NCBI GenBank assembly: GCA_963727505.1
Contig: CAVSGP010000010.1
Span: 38,583-102,582, forward strand
Direction: 5' to 3'
Source: an uncultured Trueperaceae bacterium
Lineage (GTDB): Bacteria; Deinococcota; Deinococci; Deinococcales; Trueperaceae
DNA: 64,000 nucleotides
The position numbers were made by a program, and so were the translations under genes. The notes beneath the pieces were generated by a model. The model was not told the origin of the DNA. It saw nothing but the letters and a program-made list of their open reading frames with translations, and did not search any database. The stretch's first letter is position 1. Every line of letters starts with the position of its first letter. Below are positions 12,030-21,637 of the stretch, piece after piece.

Positions 12030-14654
12030 ATGCGACGTTCCCATCGGCCGGCGCCCGTGCTGGCGATCCTCGTTCTCACGCTGTCGACGCTGGCGATCAC
12101 CGCCCTGCTCGCCGCCTGCGGGGGAGGCGCCACCAGCACCCCGCCACCCGACACCACGGCACCGAGCCTCACCATCACCTCACAGACCACCGCGGCCGGC
12201 GCAACCTACCACCTGACCGGGAAGACCAGCGACAACGTCGGGGCGACCAAGATCACCTACACGGTGGACGGCGGCCCCACCAAGACCGTCGACCTCACGG
12301 GCGGTACCTTCGACATCACCGTCACGCTGCAGGCCGGTCAGAACACGATCGACGTGAAGGCGTACGACGCGGCCGGGAACGTCAAGGACGTGGTCTTCCA
12401 CGTCACGTACACGCCGCCGCCGGGAACGACCGGCAGCCTGAAGGTGACGATCCAGAACCTGCCGTCCGGCTCGCCCGCGAACGTCGACGTGACCGGCCCT
12501 TCGAGCTACAGCAAGAACGTCACGGGAACGACCACGCTGAACAACCTTGCGCCGGGCACGTACACCATCACGCCGCACGACGTCTTCGTCAACCTCGTCG
12601 ACTTCAAGGGCGCGGCCACGCCGAGCTCGGTGAGCGTCACCGCCGGGGCCACCGCCTCGACGACCGTCGCCTACACCGCGACCTACGGCTTCCTCGACCT
12701 CACCGTGACCGGCCTGCCGAGCGGCGTGAACGCCGATATCACCGTCACCGGCCCGGGCTCCTACAGCCAGAGCGTCACGAAGACCACCACCCTCAGCGCG
12801 CTGAACAAGGGCGACTACACGATCACGGCGAAGAACGTGACGCAGACGACCACCAAGGACGCCTTCTCGCCGACCGTGACGGGCTCGCCGGCGTCGGTGG
12901 TTCCGAGCCAGCACACCACAGCTTCCGTCGCCTACGCGCGGACCACCGATCACCTCACCGTCAACATCAGCGGTCTGCCAAGCGGGGCGAATGCCGCCGT
13001 GACGGTCACCGGCAACAAGGGGTTCGGGCAGTCCATCACCGGAACGACGACCCTGACGGGTCTCGCCGACGACACCTACACCGTCACCGCAGCCAACGTG
13101 AGCTCGGGCGGGAAGACCTACGTGCCGACCGCCAGCAGCCAGCAGGTCCAGTTGCAGAACGGCAAGAACGGCAGCGTCGACGTCGCCTACGCCGTGCCCG
13201 CCCCCACCACCGGAACTCTGACGGTGACGATCTCCGGGCTGAAGAACGGGGCGCCGGGCTACGTCAAGGTGACGGGGCCGTCCGGTTCCGGCACGCCGGC
13301 GAGCTACACGCTGCAAGCCGATGCGACGCTCAACAACCTGGCGCCTGGCACCTACACCGTCACCGTCAACAACGTCTCCGGGAACCTTTACGACTACACC
13401 GGCACGGCCGCGCAAGCCAGCGTCACCGTCCCCTCCGGCGGATCGGCGACCGATAGCGTCACCTACACGGCGACGACCGGAGCCCTGTCCCTGGCGATGA
13501 CGGGCCTGCCCGGATCGACCGCCGCCGGCGTCAGCATGACCGGACCCGGGGGGCCCTACTTCGCGGACACCACGCACACCTTCGGGCACCTGCAGCCCGC
13601 GGCCTACACCCTCGCGACGAAACAGGTCAAGGGCAGCGACGGCGAGCTCTACGACGACACCGCGGACAACGGAGCGACCGTCCAGGTCACGGCCGGCGCC
13701 ACGGCCACCAAGACGCTCGCCTTCGTGCAGGTCTCCGGGGACCTCTCCGTCACCATCAACGGCGGGGTCACGAGCCCGAGGATCGACATCTACGGCGTGG
13801 GGACGGTGATCGACACCGTGACGCAGACGACCACCGTCAAGGGCCTGTACGCTGCGCCCGGCGGAACGACGTACGGGATCGTCCCGAACCCCCTCAAGGA
13901 GAGCAACTACGACTGGTCGGGCACGGTCGTCATGAACAACGCCAACGTGACCAGCGCCCCTATCCAGCGCGGCCAGACGACGAGCGTGTCGGTGAACTAC
14001 GTCGCCACGACGGGGGCCATCTCGCTCATCGTCAACTCGCGCTACGTCGCCGCCGGCAACGTCGACATCACCAAGGTGTCCTCGGGGGCCGCGCTCGTCA
14101 CGGGCGCGAGTGTCGGGTTCAACAAGGTCTTCCCCTATCAGCAGCCCGTGAAGTACGCCCTGACGGTGCACCCGGTTCACAGCTCGGATTACGACTATGG
14201 GATGCAGGGCTACCAGACCATGCCCGTGGACTTCACATACCAGTTCCTGGTCTCAGCAGGCAACACGGCGAGTTTCGACGTCGAGTACGTTCCGATCGAC
14301 GGCAAGCTGGTGCTGAACTTCTCGGGGCCCATCCCCTCGGACTCGGGTGGGAGCACCAAGACGTACACGGCGACGGTCACCGATACGGCCACTGGCAGCA
14401 CCTACAAGTCGGCCTCCAAGCAGGTCTCCTCGTCGACGATCAGCACGTCGGTCGCCTACCCGTACACCCCGAACAGCAGCTACGCCGTCACGGCCCCCAC
14501 GCGCTTCTCGGGCATGGCGATCTGCAGCACCCTGCCCACAGCCAACTACAAGCAGTACACGCCGACCATCCAGTCGAGCCCGGCGTCCATCACCAGCGGC
14601 ACCACCACTTCGGTCGCCGTCATCTACACGGAGACGACGGTCCCATGCAATTGA
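12030..14654 (+). CDS. Large Thr/Ser-rich surface lipoprotein with tandem Ig-like beta repeats
   Basis: Lipobox LLAAC; N-terminal Big-like domain (DTTAP...AYDAAGN); about 8 repeats beginning G-x-L-x-V-T-I-x-G-L-P; RBS AAGGAG. Confidence 0.85.
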   Translation: MRRSHRPAPVLAILVLTLSTLAITALLAACGGGATSTPPPDTTAPSLTITSQTTAAGATYHLTGKTSDNVGATKITYTVDGGPTKTVDLTGGTFDITVTLQAGQNTIDVKAYDAAGNVKDVVFHVTYTPPPGTTGSLKVTIQNLPSGSPANVDVTGPSSYSKNVTGTTTLNNLAPGTYTITPHDVFVNLVDFKGAATPSSVSVTAGATASTTVAYTATYGFLDLTVTGLPSGVNADITVTGPGSYSQSVTKTTTLSALNKGDYTITAKNVTQTTTKDAFSPTVTGSPASVVPSQHTTASVAYARTTDHLTVNISGLPSGANAAVTVTGNKGFGQSITGTTTLTGLADDTYTVTAANVSSGGKTYVPTASSQQVQLQNGKNGSVDVAYAVPAPTTGTLTVTISGLKNGAPGYVKVTGPSGSGTPASYTLQADATLNNLAPGTYTVTVNNVSGNLYDYTGTAAQASVTVPSGGSATDSVTYTATTGALSLAMTGLPGSTAAGVSMTGPGGPYFADTTHTFGHLQPAAYTLATKQVKGSDGELYDDTADNGATVQVTAGATATKTLAFVQVSGDLSVTINGGVTSPRIDIYGVGTVIDTVTQTTTVKGLYAAPGGTTYGIVPNPLKESNYDWSGTVVMNNANVTSAPIQRGQTTSVSVNYVATTGAISLIVNSRYVAAGNVDITKVSSGAALVTGASVGFNKVFPYQQPVKYALTVHPVHSSDYDYGMQGYQTMPVDFTYQFLVSAGNTASFDVEYVPIDGKLVLNFSGPIPSDSGGSTKTYTATVTDTATGSTYKSASKQVSSSTISTSVAYPYTPNSSYAVTAPTRFSGMAICSTLPTANYKQYTPTIQSSPASITSGTTTSVAVIYTETTVPCN

Positions 14655-14837
14655 CCTCCGCGCGTCCGCTGGCTCCATCCGAGAGCTAGGTCTCGTACCC
14701 TTCCTGCCTCCCCCCCGCGCCGGCTTCCCAACCGGCGCGGGGCCCTCCTTGGGATCTCCCGCGATACCCACCACGCGGGGCGACCGGGGCGGCGGCCTCG
14801 GGCCGGTGGGGTCAGGCCGGTGGGGTCGGGTCGCTGC

Positions 14838-14843
14838 TAGACT
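14838..14843 (+). promoter_or_regulatory. Extended -10 (TGcTAGACT), leaderless methyltransferase promoter
   Basis: TAGACT lies 7 nt before ATG 14851; no SD. Confidence 0.5.
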
Positions 14844-14850
14844 TCGCCTC

Positions 14851-15649
14851 ATGGGCCGTCCGAACGAGCACGCCATGATCGAGGCCAACCGCGCCTCCTG
14901 GGAAGCGTCGGCGAAGCTCCACGAGCGCAGCCAACTGCCACGGCTGCTCGAGGGCTTCCGCGGCCCCGGCTTCTCCACGCTCGACGAGGTGGAACGCGGG
15001 ATCTACGCGTCGATCGGCGTGGAGGGCAAGCGCGCGCTGCAGGTGTGCTGCAACAACGGCCGCGAGCTACTGTCGGTGGTGCGTCTCGGCGCCGCGAGTG
15101 GCGTGGGGGTCGACCTGGCCGAGGGCAACCTCGCGCAGGCACGGCGTCTGGCACAGGCCGCGGGGTTGCACGAGCGGGTCCGGTTCGTCCAGGGCAACGC
15201 CCTGGAGCTGCCCGACGAGCTGGGGCCGGTTCGACCTCGCCTTCCTCACCGTCGGCGCGCTGGGATGGCTGCCCCGGCTGCAACCGCTGTTCGACGGGGT
15301 GGCGAGGCTCCTGACGGACGGCGGGCACCTGTTCGTCTACGAGATGCACCCGCTCCTCGACATGTTCGAGCCGGACACCGGCACCACGGTCCGGCGCGAC
15401 TACTTCTCGCGCGAGCCGGTGGCCGACGAGAGCGGCCCCGACTACTACGAACCCGACAAGGTGGTGGACGCCCCGTCGTACTGGTTCCACCACACCCTGG
15501 CCGACGTCATCGGGGGTTGTCTGGAGGCGGGGCTGGTCCTCGAGCGCTTCGAGGAGTACCCGCACGACGTCTCGATGGTCTACCGCGCCTTCGAGGACCT
15601 GCCGCTGCGGCCGCCGCTCAGCTACACGCTGGTGGCGCGCAAGGGGTAG
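14851..15649 (+). CDS. Class I SAM-dependent methyltransferase (frameshift near 15225)
   Basis: EANRASW, LQVCCNNG and GVGVDL, then in the next frame FDLAFLTVGALGWLP, YEMHP and EEYPH; extra G in a G-run. Confidence 0.82.
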
Positions 15650-15661
15650 CGAGGTCCCGGG

Positions 15662-17545
15662 CTAGCGTCTCAGGAAGCGGAGCAGCTGCCGGATCTCCGG
15701 CAGCCCCAGGAGCGCGCCCACCAGAGCGTAGGCGCCCGCCACCACCGCCGTGCCCACACCCACCTGCGCCAGCGAGCCGAGCCAGCCGGCGGGCAGCGAC
15801 ACCGCCCGCAAGACCATCACGGCGGCCACCGACGCCAGCAACCCCGCCAGCCACACCCGCGCCAGATAGCGCAGGTAGGCGCCGAGCGCGAAGTGCTCTC
15901 GCCCGTACACCAGGGCGGTGAGGACGCCGAGCTGGATCCAGGACGCGAGGACGGTCCCCCAGGAGAGACCGGCGATGCCGTAGGGCCGTACCAGCAGCAC
16001 GTAGAGCGCTCCCTGCAGCACCAGGAAGGTCAGCACCAGCACCACCGGTGTCACGACGCGCTGGCGCACGTAGAAGACGCGCACCAGCAGGTTGAACATG
16101 CCGAGCGGGAACACGGCCAGCCCGAGCGGCGCGGTCGCCGCCATCGAGAGGGTGAGCCGGGCGGCATCGAGGCCGGGGCCGTAGAGGCTCTTCCAGTTGA
16201 AGATGACCTCCACCGCGGGCGTCGCCATGATCGTCAACGCCAGGCCGGCGGGCACCGTCAGGAAGGTGATGAAGCGCATGCCCTGCTCGAGGGTGTCGTT
16301 GAACTCGTGCGGATCGCGCACGGCGTTGTCGGCGAGGCGCGAGTAGTAGGCGAGCGCCGGCGAGATGCTGAACAGCCCGAGCGCCAGGCTGAGGAACAGG
16401 TCGGCGTTGTAGAAGGCGGTCTGGGCGCCGGCCGCGATGTTGGTGACGACGTTGGACGCCACCACGTTGAGCACCTGCCGGCCGCCGGTCGTGAAGGCGA
16501 ACGGCAGCATCAGGAGCACCACGCTTCCCACGGCGGGGTGCCATAGGCCGGCCAGGCGCGGAAGCAGCTTGAGGCGCACCAGCGCCGGGATCTGCACGAC
16601 GAGCTGCGCCACGCCGCCGAGCACGTGGGCGACCGTCAACATGATCGCCTGCCCCGGGAAGAGCGCCATCAGCGCGACGGTCACGACGTTGAGCGCGACG
16701 GGCGCCCACGCCGGCGCCAGGAAGCGCTCCTCGGCCTGCAGGATGCCCATGGCCAGGGCCGAGAAGGAGATCGCCGGCAGGAACGGGAACACGATGCGCA
16801 CCAGCTGGGCGGTGAGAGCGACATCGACGTTGGCGGGGTCGGCGATGAGCAGCCGCGCCAGCAGCGGCGCCGTGACGTACGCGAGCAGCATGAGCAGCCC
16901 GTTGACGAGCGTGAGCAGGCCCAGCAACGCACCCGACAGCCGGCGCTGCTCGGCCCGATCGAGCGTCGCGTAGACCGGGATGAACGAGTTGGTCAGCGCG
17001 CCCTCGGCGAGCAGCTCGCGGAACAGGTTGGGCACCTTGAAGGCGGTGATGAAGGCGTCGCTGATCTCCTTGCTGAACAGCGCGTTGAGCAGGGAGTTGC
17101 GCACCAGCCCGGTGACGCGGCTGGCGAGCGTGCCACCCATCATGACAAGGGCGCCGTGGGCTGACGAGCGCCGCTCGCGCGGCTGGGCGCCACCGCCGAA
17201 CAGCGCGTCGTGGTCGGCGTCGTGCGCGGTGTCCGGGACGGTGCCAGGGTTGGCCGCGAGCGGGGCGGGCGGGTGCGCGCGGTCGGGCGTCGCGGGGGCG
17301 AGGGTTCCGGGGACCGCGGTTCCAGGGACCGCGGTTCCTGGGACCAGCGTCGCGGGGGCCAGCGTCGCGATGTCGTCGGGATCGAGGTCGATGTGGCGGC
17401 GCGAAGGCTCAGCGGGTGTGTTCTCGCCGGCGCGGTTCTCGCCGGAGTCGTTCTCGCGCCGGTCGTTCTCGCGCCGGTCGTTCTCGCGCCGGTCGTTCTC
17501 GCGCCGGTCGTTGTCGTCAGGAGCGCGCTCGCCCACGTCGGTCAT
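15662..17545 (-). CDS. murJ: Lipid II flippase MurJ with repetitive N-terminal extension
   Basis: GTLASRVTGLVR, DAFITAFKVPNLFRELLAEGALTNSFIPVY and about 14 TM segments; start uncertain (17545 or 17605). Confidence 0.92.
   Translation of the reverse strand: MTDVGERAPDDNDRRENDRRENDRRENDRRENDSGENRAGENTPAEPSRRHIDLDPDDIATLAPATLVPGTAVPGTAVPGTLAPATPDRAHPPAPLAANPGTVPDTAHDADHDALFGGGAQPRERRSSAHGALVMMGGTLASRVTGLVRNSLLNALFSKEISDAFITAFKVPNLFRELLAEGALTNSFIPVYATLDRAEQRRLSGALLGLLTLVNGLLMLLAYVTAPLLARLLIADPANVDVALTAQLVRIVFPFLPAISFSALAMGILQAEERFLAPAWAPVALNVVTVALMALFPGQAIMLTVAHVLGGVAQLVVQIPALVRLKLLPRLAGLWHPAVGSVVLLMLPFAFTTGGRQVLNVVASNVVTNIAAGAQTAFYNADLFLSLALGLFSISPALAYYSRLADNAVRDPHEFNDTLEQGMRFITFLTVPAGLALTIMATPAVEVIFNWKSLYGPGLDAARLTLSMAATAPLGLAVFPLGMFNLLVRVFYVRQRVVTPVVLVLTFLVLQGALYVLLVRPYGIAGLSWGTVLASWIQLGVLTALVYGREHFALGAYLRYLARVWLAGLLASVAAVMVLRAVSLPAGWLGSLAQVGVGTAVVAGAYALVGALLGLPEIRQLLRFLRR
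17303..17347. repeat. 3 x 15-bp tandem repeat (VPGTA) in the murJ N-terminus
   Basis: GGTTCC(G/A/T)GGGACCGC units. Confidence 0.8.
17417..17512. repeat. 15-bp tandem repeat (ENDRR), 4 perfect units plus degenerate ones, in the murJ N-terminus
   Basis: GTCGTTCTCGCGCCG x4 at 17447-17506. Confidence 0.9.
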
Positions 17546-17614
17546 TGTCGCACGGGCGGCGTTCCGGAGCTCATGGGGTGGTGCGGGCGCCTGCGCCGGG
17601 CGCATCGGAGGACC

Positions 17615-17920
17615 CGATGTTCAGGCTGGCTTTCGACGCAGAGTCGGGGCGGGAAGGGGGGGTGCGCGGACCCCCGGGGACCCAAGGTACAGCCCCGTGC
17701 TACATGTTCGAGTCCGGAGAGCCGGCCCCGCCGCCAACGCGCGTGCTGGCCGGCTCTCCTGGCCACCAACGCCACAGGGCCGGGCGCTGGCGAAAGCCAC
17801 GTTTCCCCCGGCACCTGCGCAGCCCTGGGCTCGAACCGCGTGCCGGGCCGCCCCCGGCACGCGCCGTTCAACCGGCCTTTACCTTCGGAGGAGGGGGTTC
17901 GGGGACCCCCCTGCCCTCCC
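17615..17920. repeat. REP-like dispersed repeat cluster 1 (oppositely oriented copies)
   Basis: Plus copy CGTTCAACCGGCCTTTACCTTCGGAGGAGGGGG at 17865-17897; degenerate minus copy about 17648-17697; CGAAAGCCAGCCT on the minus strand at 17623-17635; motifs shared with 22631-22905. Confidence 0.65.
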
Positions 17921-17963
17921 GCGCGCGCCGCGATACGGGCGCCAGGACCCAGCGCCTGGGGGC

Positions 17964-18341
17964 TCAGTCCTGCAGTTGCTCGAACGCTTCCTTGGGGAAG
18001 ACCTCGACGGCGGGCTGCACCTGGGGATCGGGCGCGGGGCCGGTATCGGACCAGCCCTCGGACTCCAGCGTCTTCAGCGGGCGCACCGTCATGTCGTGCG
18101 TGCAGCGGATCTGGCAGGACAGCCGGACCTGCCCGAGCAACTCCTTCTCCTGGAGCTTGTCGTGCTCGGCGCGGGTCATGACGCCGGGCTCGCCCCGGTC
18201 GAACACCACCCGGCAGGTGGTGCAGCGCGCCTTGCCGCCGCAGCGGTGTCCGATGTGCACGCCGGCCTGCTCGATGGCCAGCACCAGGCGCTTGCCTTCG
18301 TCGACCTCGATGGTCGTGTCGTGGACGGTGAGCTTGGGCAT
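17964..18341 (-). CDS. 2Fe-2S ferredoxin
   Basis: HRCGGKARCTTC...RLSCQ; RBS AGGAGGA before ATG 18341. Confidence 0.9.
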   Translation of the reverse strand: MPKLTVHDTTIEVDEGKRLVLAIEQAGVHIGHRCGGKARCTTCRVVFDRGEPGVMTRAEHDKLQEKELLGQVRLSCQIRCTHDMTVRPLKTLESEGWSDTGPAPDPQVQPAVEVFPKEAFEQLQD

Positions 18342-18404
18342 CGATCCTCCTCGTGCCGGCCTGGCCGCCGGCCGCCCCAACCTAACGCGGGCGGGGCGCG
18401 CCTG

Positions 18405-19907
18405 TCACGCGGGATCGAGGCGGCCGGCCACCTCGCGCCCCACGGCGCGCGCGTCGTGTACGCAGTCGTTGAGTCCGATGCCGCGGTAGGCATTGCCGGT
18501 CAGCGCCAGACCGGGCACCGACCCGGCGGCCTCGGTGGCGGCTTCCACCCGGTCGAGGTGGCCGAGGGTGTACTGCGGGATGCCGCGGCGCCAGCCCACC
18601 ACATGCGCCATCGTCGGCTCGGCGGCGACGCCGAGGCTGGTGCGGAGGTCGGCGCGCACCGCGTCGATCGCCTCGTCCTCGTCGAGATCGAGGAAGCCGG
18701 GGTCGCGCATGCCGCCCGCCAGCGAGCGCAGCAGCACCATGCCCTCGGGAGCCTGGGGCGGGAACAGCGTCGACGTCCACAGCGAGCCGAGAATGCGCAA
18801 CCCCTGCCCCGGGGGAACCAGGAACCCGAAGCCGTCGAGGGGCCGGGGCACGGCGGAGCGCGGGAATCCCAGCGCCACCACCCGGATGCCCGCGTAGGGG
18901 ATGGCCTCGAGCGGGCCCGCCGCGTCCGGCGCGACGCCCCGGAGCAGTTCGGCCGCAACGTACGCCGGCGTGGCGACGATGACGGCATCGGCCTCGACGA
19001 TCCTGGGCACCGGCCCGCTACCGTCCCGACCCCGACCGTCACCACCCCGACCGTCACCACCCGACGTCACCACCCGCAACCGCCGCTCGCCGCCGCGCTC
19101 GATGGTCTCCACGCTCACGCCGAGGGCCACGTCGCCGTGCGCGACGCCGCGCAGCGCTTCGGCCAGCGCCTGTGTGAGCCGCCCGGCTCCGCCGCGGCGG
19201 AAGCTCGTCAGCCGGCCGCCCGGCCCGGACGGTCCGCCCGCGACCCGTCCCCCGCTCTCGCCGCGCGCCTTCGCCGCCTTACGAGCGCGCTGCTGCGCGA
19301 GCATGCCGCGCACCAGCCCGCCGTGTTCGGCCTCCAGCCGGTGCATGCGCGGGAACAGCGCCTGCAGGCTCGACTGCCGGGCGTCCCCCGCCGACACGCC
19401 GGCGACCATCGGGGCCACCATCACGTCAGCGAACTCGCGGCCCAGCCGGCGCGCGGCGAAGCCGTGCACGCTCTCCTCGCGGCGCGGGTCGGCGGCCGGC
19501 AGGAACGGCTCGAGCACCATGCGCGCCTTGGCCAGCGGTGACAGCAGCGGCGAGCGCAGCAGCGCCCCTGCTCCCGTAGGCACCGGCACCAGCCGACCGC
19601 CGAAGAACAGGAAACGCTTGCCGGCGGCCTCGGAGGCCGGCAGCAACTCGTCGTGCAGCCCGAGCTCGAGGCTCAGGTTGTAGGCATCGGGGACGTTGGT
19701 GAGGAACCCGTTGGGCCCGCGATCGACCAGGAAGCCGTCGACGGCGTCGCTGGTGGCGGTGCCGCCGACGCGGTCCTCGCGCTCGAGCACCATCACCTCG
19801 ACATCGGGCCGCTCCTGGCGCACCTGGAACGCGGCCGTGAGTCCGGAGATGCCACCCCCCACCACCACGACGCGCGGCCTCCCGGAGGCCGCTCCGCGGG
19901 TCGTCAT
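18405..19907 (-). CDS. hemG: Protoporphyrinogen/coproporphyrinogen oxidase (HemY/HemG FAD-dependent type)
   Basis: VVVGGGISGL FAD motif; DGFGFLVP, IPQYTLGH and GIGLNDCV. Confidence 0.92.
   Translation of the reverse strand: MTTRGAASGRPRVVVVGGGISGLTAAFQVRQERPDVEVMVLEREDRVGGTATSDAVDGFLVDRGPNGFLTNVPDAYNLSLELGLHDELLPASEAAGKRFLFFGGRLVPVPTGAGALLRSPLLSPLAKARMVLEPFLPAADPRREESVHGFAARRLGREFADVMVAPMVAGVSAGDARQSSLQALFPRMHRLEAEHGGLVRGMLAQQRARKAAKARGESGGRVAGGPSGPGGRLTSFRRGGAGRLTQALAEALRGVAHGDVALGVSVETIERGGERRLRVVTSGGDGRGGDGRGRDGSGPVPRIVEADAVIVATPAYVAAELLRGVAPDAAGPLEAIPYAGIRVVALGFPRSAVPRPLDGFGFLVPPGQGLRILGSLWTSTLFPPQAPEGMVLLRSLAGGMRDPGFLDLDEDEAIDAVRADLRTSLGVAAEPTMAHVVGWRRGIPQYTLGHLDRVEAATEAAGSVPGLALTGNAYRGIGLNDCVHDARAVGREVAGRLDPA
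19021..19065. repeat. 3 x 15-bp tandem repeat (GGDGR) inserted in hemG
   Basis: CCGTC(C/A)C(G/C)ACCCCGA units. Confidence 0.7.
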
Positions 19908-19908
19908 G

Positions 19909-21420
19909 TCACACGGTCCGCGAGAACGGCGACGGCCCTGTCGACTTCATCCGCAAGTAGCGGTCGAAGACCATGGCCACGTTGCGCGGCAGCAACTTGC
20001 CGAGCTCGGCCGCTTCGATGCGGTCGGGACCGAAGCGGACCAGCCCCTCGTCGGCCAGCGGGACGAGCGCCTCCAGCTCGCGCGCGAAGTAACGGTCGAA
20101 AACGATGCCGTGGCGCGCCTCCAGGGCCCGCTTATCGATCCGGAAGTGGCACATCCAGTCGCGGATGAGCTGCTGGCGCACGCGGTCGTCCTCGTCGAGG
20201 CGGAAGCCGCGCGCCACCGGGAGGCGGCCGGAATCGACGACGTCCTCGTAGCGGTTCAGCTTCTTCTCGTTCTGCACGTAGGCGCCGCCCACCTCCCCGA
20301 TGGCGGAGACGCCGAAGCCCACCATGTCGGGCGCGCGGGCCGTGGTGTAGCCCATGAAGTTGCGCCACAGGCGCCCGTCCTGTTGCGCGCGCACCAGCTC
20401 GTCGGTCGGCAGGGCGAAGTGGTCCATGCCGACGTCGACATAGCCGGCGCTCAGCAGGGACTCGCGCACCAGCTCCAGCAGGGCCAGCTTGGCCTCGCCA
20501 CGCGGGATCGCCTCCTCGGGCAACGACCGCTGGTGGGCGTGCGTCTTGGGCAAGAAGGCGAACGAGTAGACGGCAAGCCGATCGGGCCGCAGCTCGAGCA
20601 CCTGCGCCAGCGTCCGCGCCAGGCTCACCGGCGTCTGGTAGGGCAAGCCGTAGATGAGGTCGAAGTTGGTGGAGCCGTATCCCAGACGCCTGGCGGCGTC
20701 CGTCAGGTCGGCCGTGTGCTCGACGCTCTGCACCCGGCCGATGCTGCGCTGCACCTCGGGATCGAAGTCCTGGACACCCATCGAGAGACGGTTGAAGCCG
20801 AGCGCCCCGAGGCGCTCCAGGTGCTCCACCGAAGTGACGCGCGGGTCGACCTCGAGGGCGACCTCGGCCTCCGGCAGGATCCGGAAGTGCCGGCGGTAGT
20901 GCTCCATCAGCGCGGCCAGCGCGTCGGGATCGTAGTAGGTGGGCGTGCCCCCGCCGAGGTGGAACTGCGCCACGTCCCGGCGCTCGCCGAGCAGCGGCGC
21001 CACCGCGTCGATCTCGCGGTACAGGCGGTCCAGATAGGCGTCGGCGACGGCCAGGTGGGGCGTGATCACGACGTTGCAGGCGCAGTACAGGCAGCGCTCG
21101 GCACAGAAGGGAAGGTGGGTGTAGAGCGCCAGCGGGAGTTCGGGCGTCTGCGCGGCGCGGGCCAGGGCGGCGCGGTAGTCGTCCTCGCCGAAACCGTCGC
21201 TGAACTCGACCGCCGTCGGGTAGGAGGTGTAGCGCGGACCCGGCCGATCGAGCCGGCGGACGCGCTCGAGCAGGTGGGCGCGCTCGCTGGAGCGCGCGGC
21301 ATCGTGCGCCGCGCCCATCCCGACCCCCCGGTCGAACCGGTCGGAGCTGCCCTCGATCCCGCCTCCACGGCGTTCGCCGTCGTGCCAGGCGTCGTTGGGC
21401 GTGCGTTTCGGAGTCGTCAC
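19909..21420 (-). CDS. hemN: Oxygen-independent coproporphyrinogen III oxidase (radical SAM)
   Basis: GPRYTSYPT, CAERCLYCAC, GGGTP, GMDHFA and RNFMGYTT, motifs of true HemN rather than HemW. Confidence 0.95.
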   Translation of the reverse strand: MTTPKRTPNDAWHDGERRGGGIEGSSDRFDRGVGMGAAHDAARSSERAHLLERVRRLDRPGPRYTSYPTAVEFSDGFGEDDYRAALARAAQTPELPLALYTHLPFCAERCLYCACNVVITPHLAVADAYLDRLYREIDAVAPLLGERRDVAQFHLGGGTPTYYDPDALAALMEHYRRHFRILPEAEVALEVDPRVTSVEHLERLGALGFNRLSMGVQDFDPEVQRSIGRVQSVEHTADLTDAARRLGYGSTNFDLIYGLPYQTPVSLARTLAQVLELRPDRLAVYSFAFLPKTHAHQRSLPEEAIPRGEAKLALLELVRESLLSAGYVDVGMDHFALPTDELVRAQQDGRLWRNFMGYTTARAPDMVGFGVSAIGEVGGAYVQNEKKLNRYEDVVDSGRLPVARGFRLDEDDRVRQQLIRDWMCHFRIDKRALEARHGIVFDRYFARELEALVPLADEGLVRFGPDRIEAAELGKLLPRNVAMVFDRYLRMKSTGPSPFSRTV

Positions 21421-21426
21421 GGGCCC

Positions 21427-21469
21427 AGTCTAGGTGCGCCCCGGAGGGGGCCGTTGGGACAAATGTCCC
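21427..21469 (-). promoter_or_regulatory. Leaderless hemN promoter (-10 TAGACT) with upstream palindrome GGGACA-AA-TGTCCC
   Basis: TAGACT lies 6 nt before GTG 21420; palindrome at 21456-21469. Confidence 0.5.
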
Positions 21470-21637
21470 TCCGGGCGTACGGCGCTCGGACCGGGTCGCA
21501 AGCCAAGCCTGCCTAGGCTCCTGCCGAGGGCGCTGGCCGGGCCCGGAGCGTGCGGGTGCATGCTGGCCGCAAGCGGGGGCGCACTTCACTCGGGAGGTCC
21601 ATCGCGCCCCCGCCCCCCCTCCCCGATCCCGTGCCGC

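Noticed and set aside
17417..17512. CRISPR array
   Set aside because: Contiguous 15-bp units with no spacers, in frame within a gene; no cas genes.
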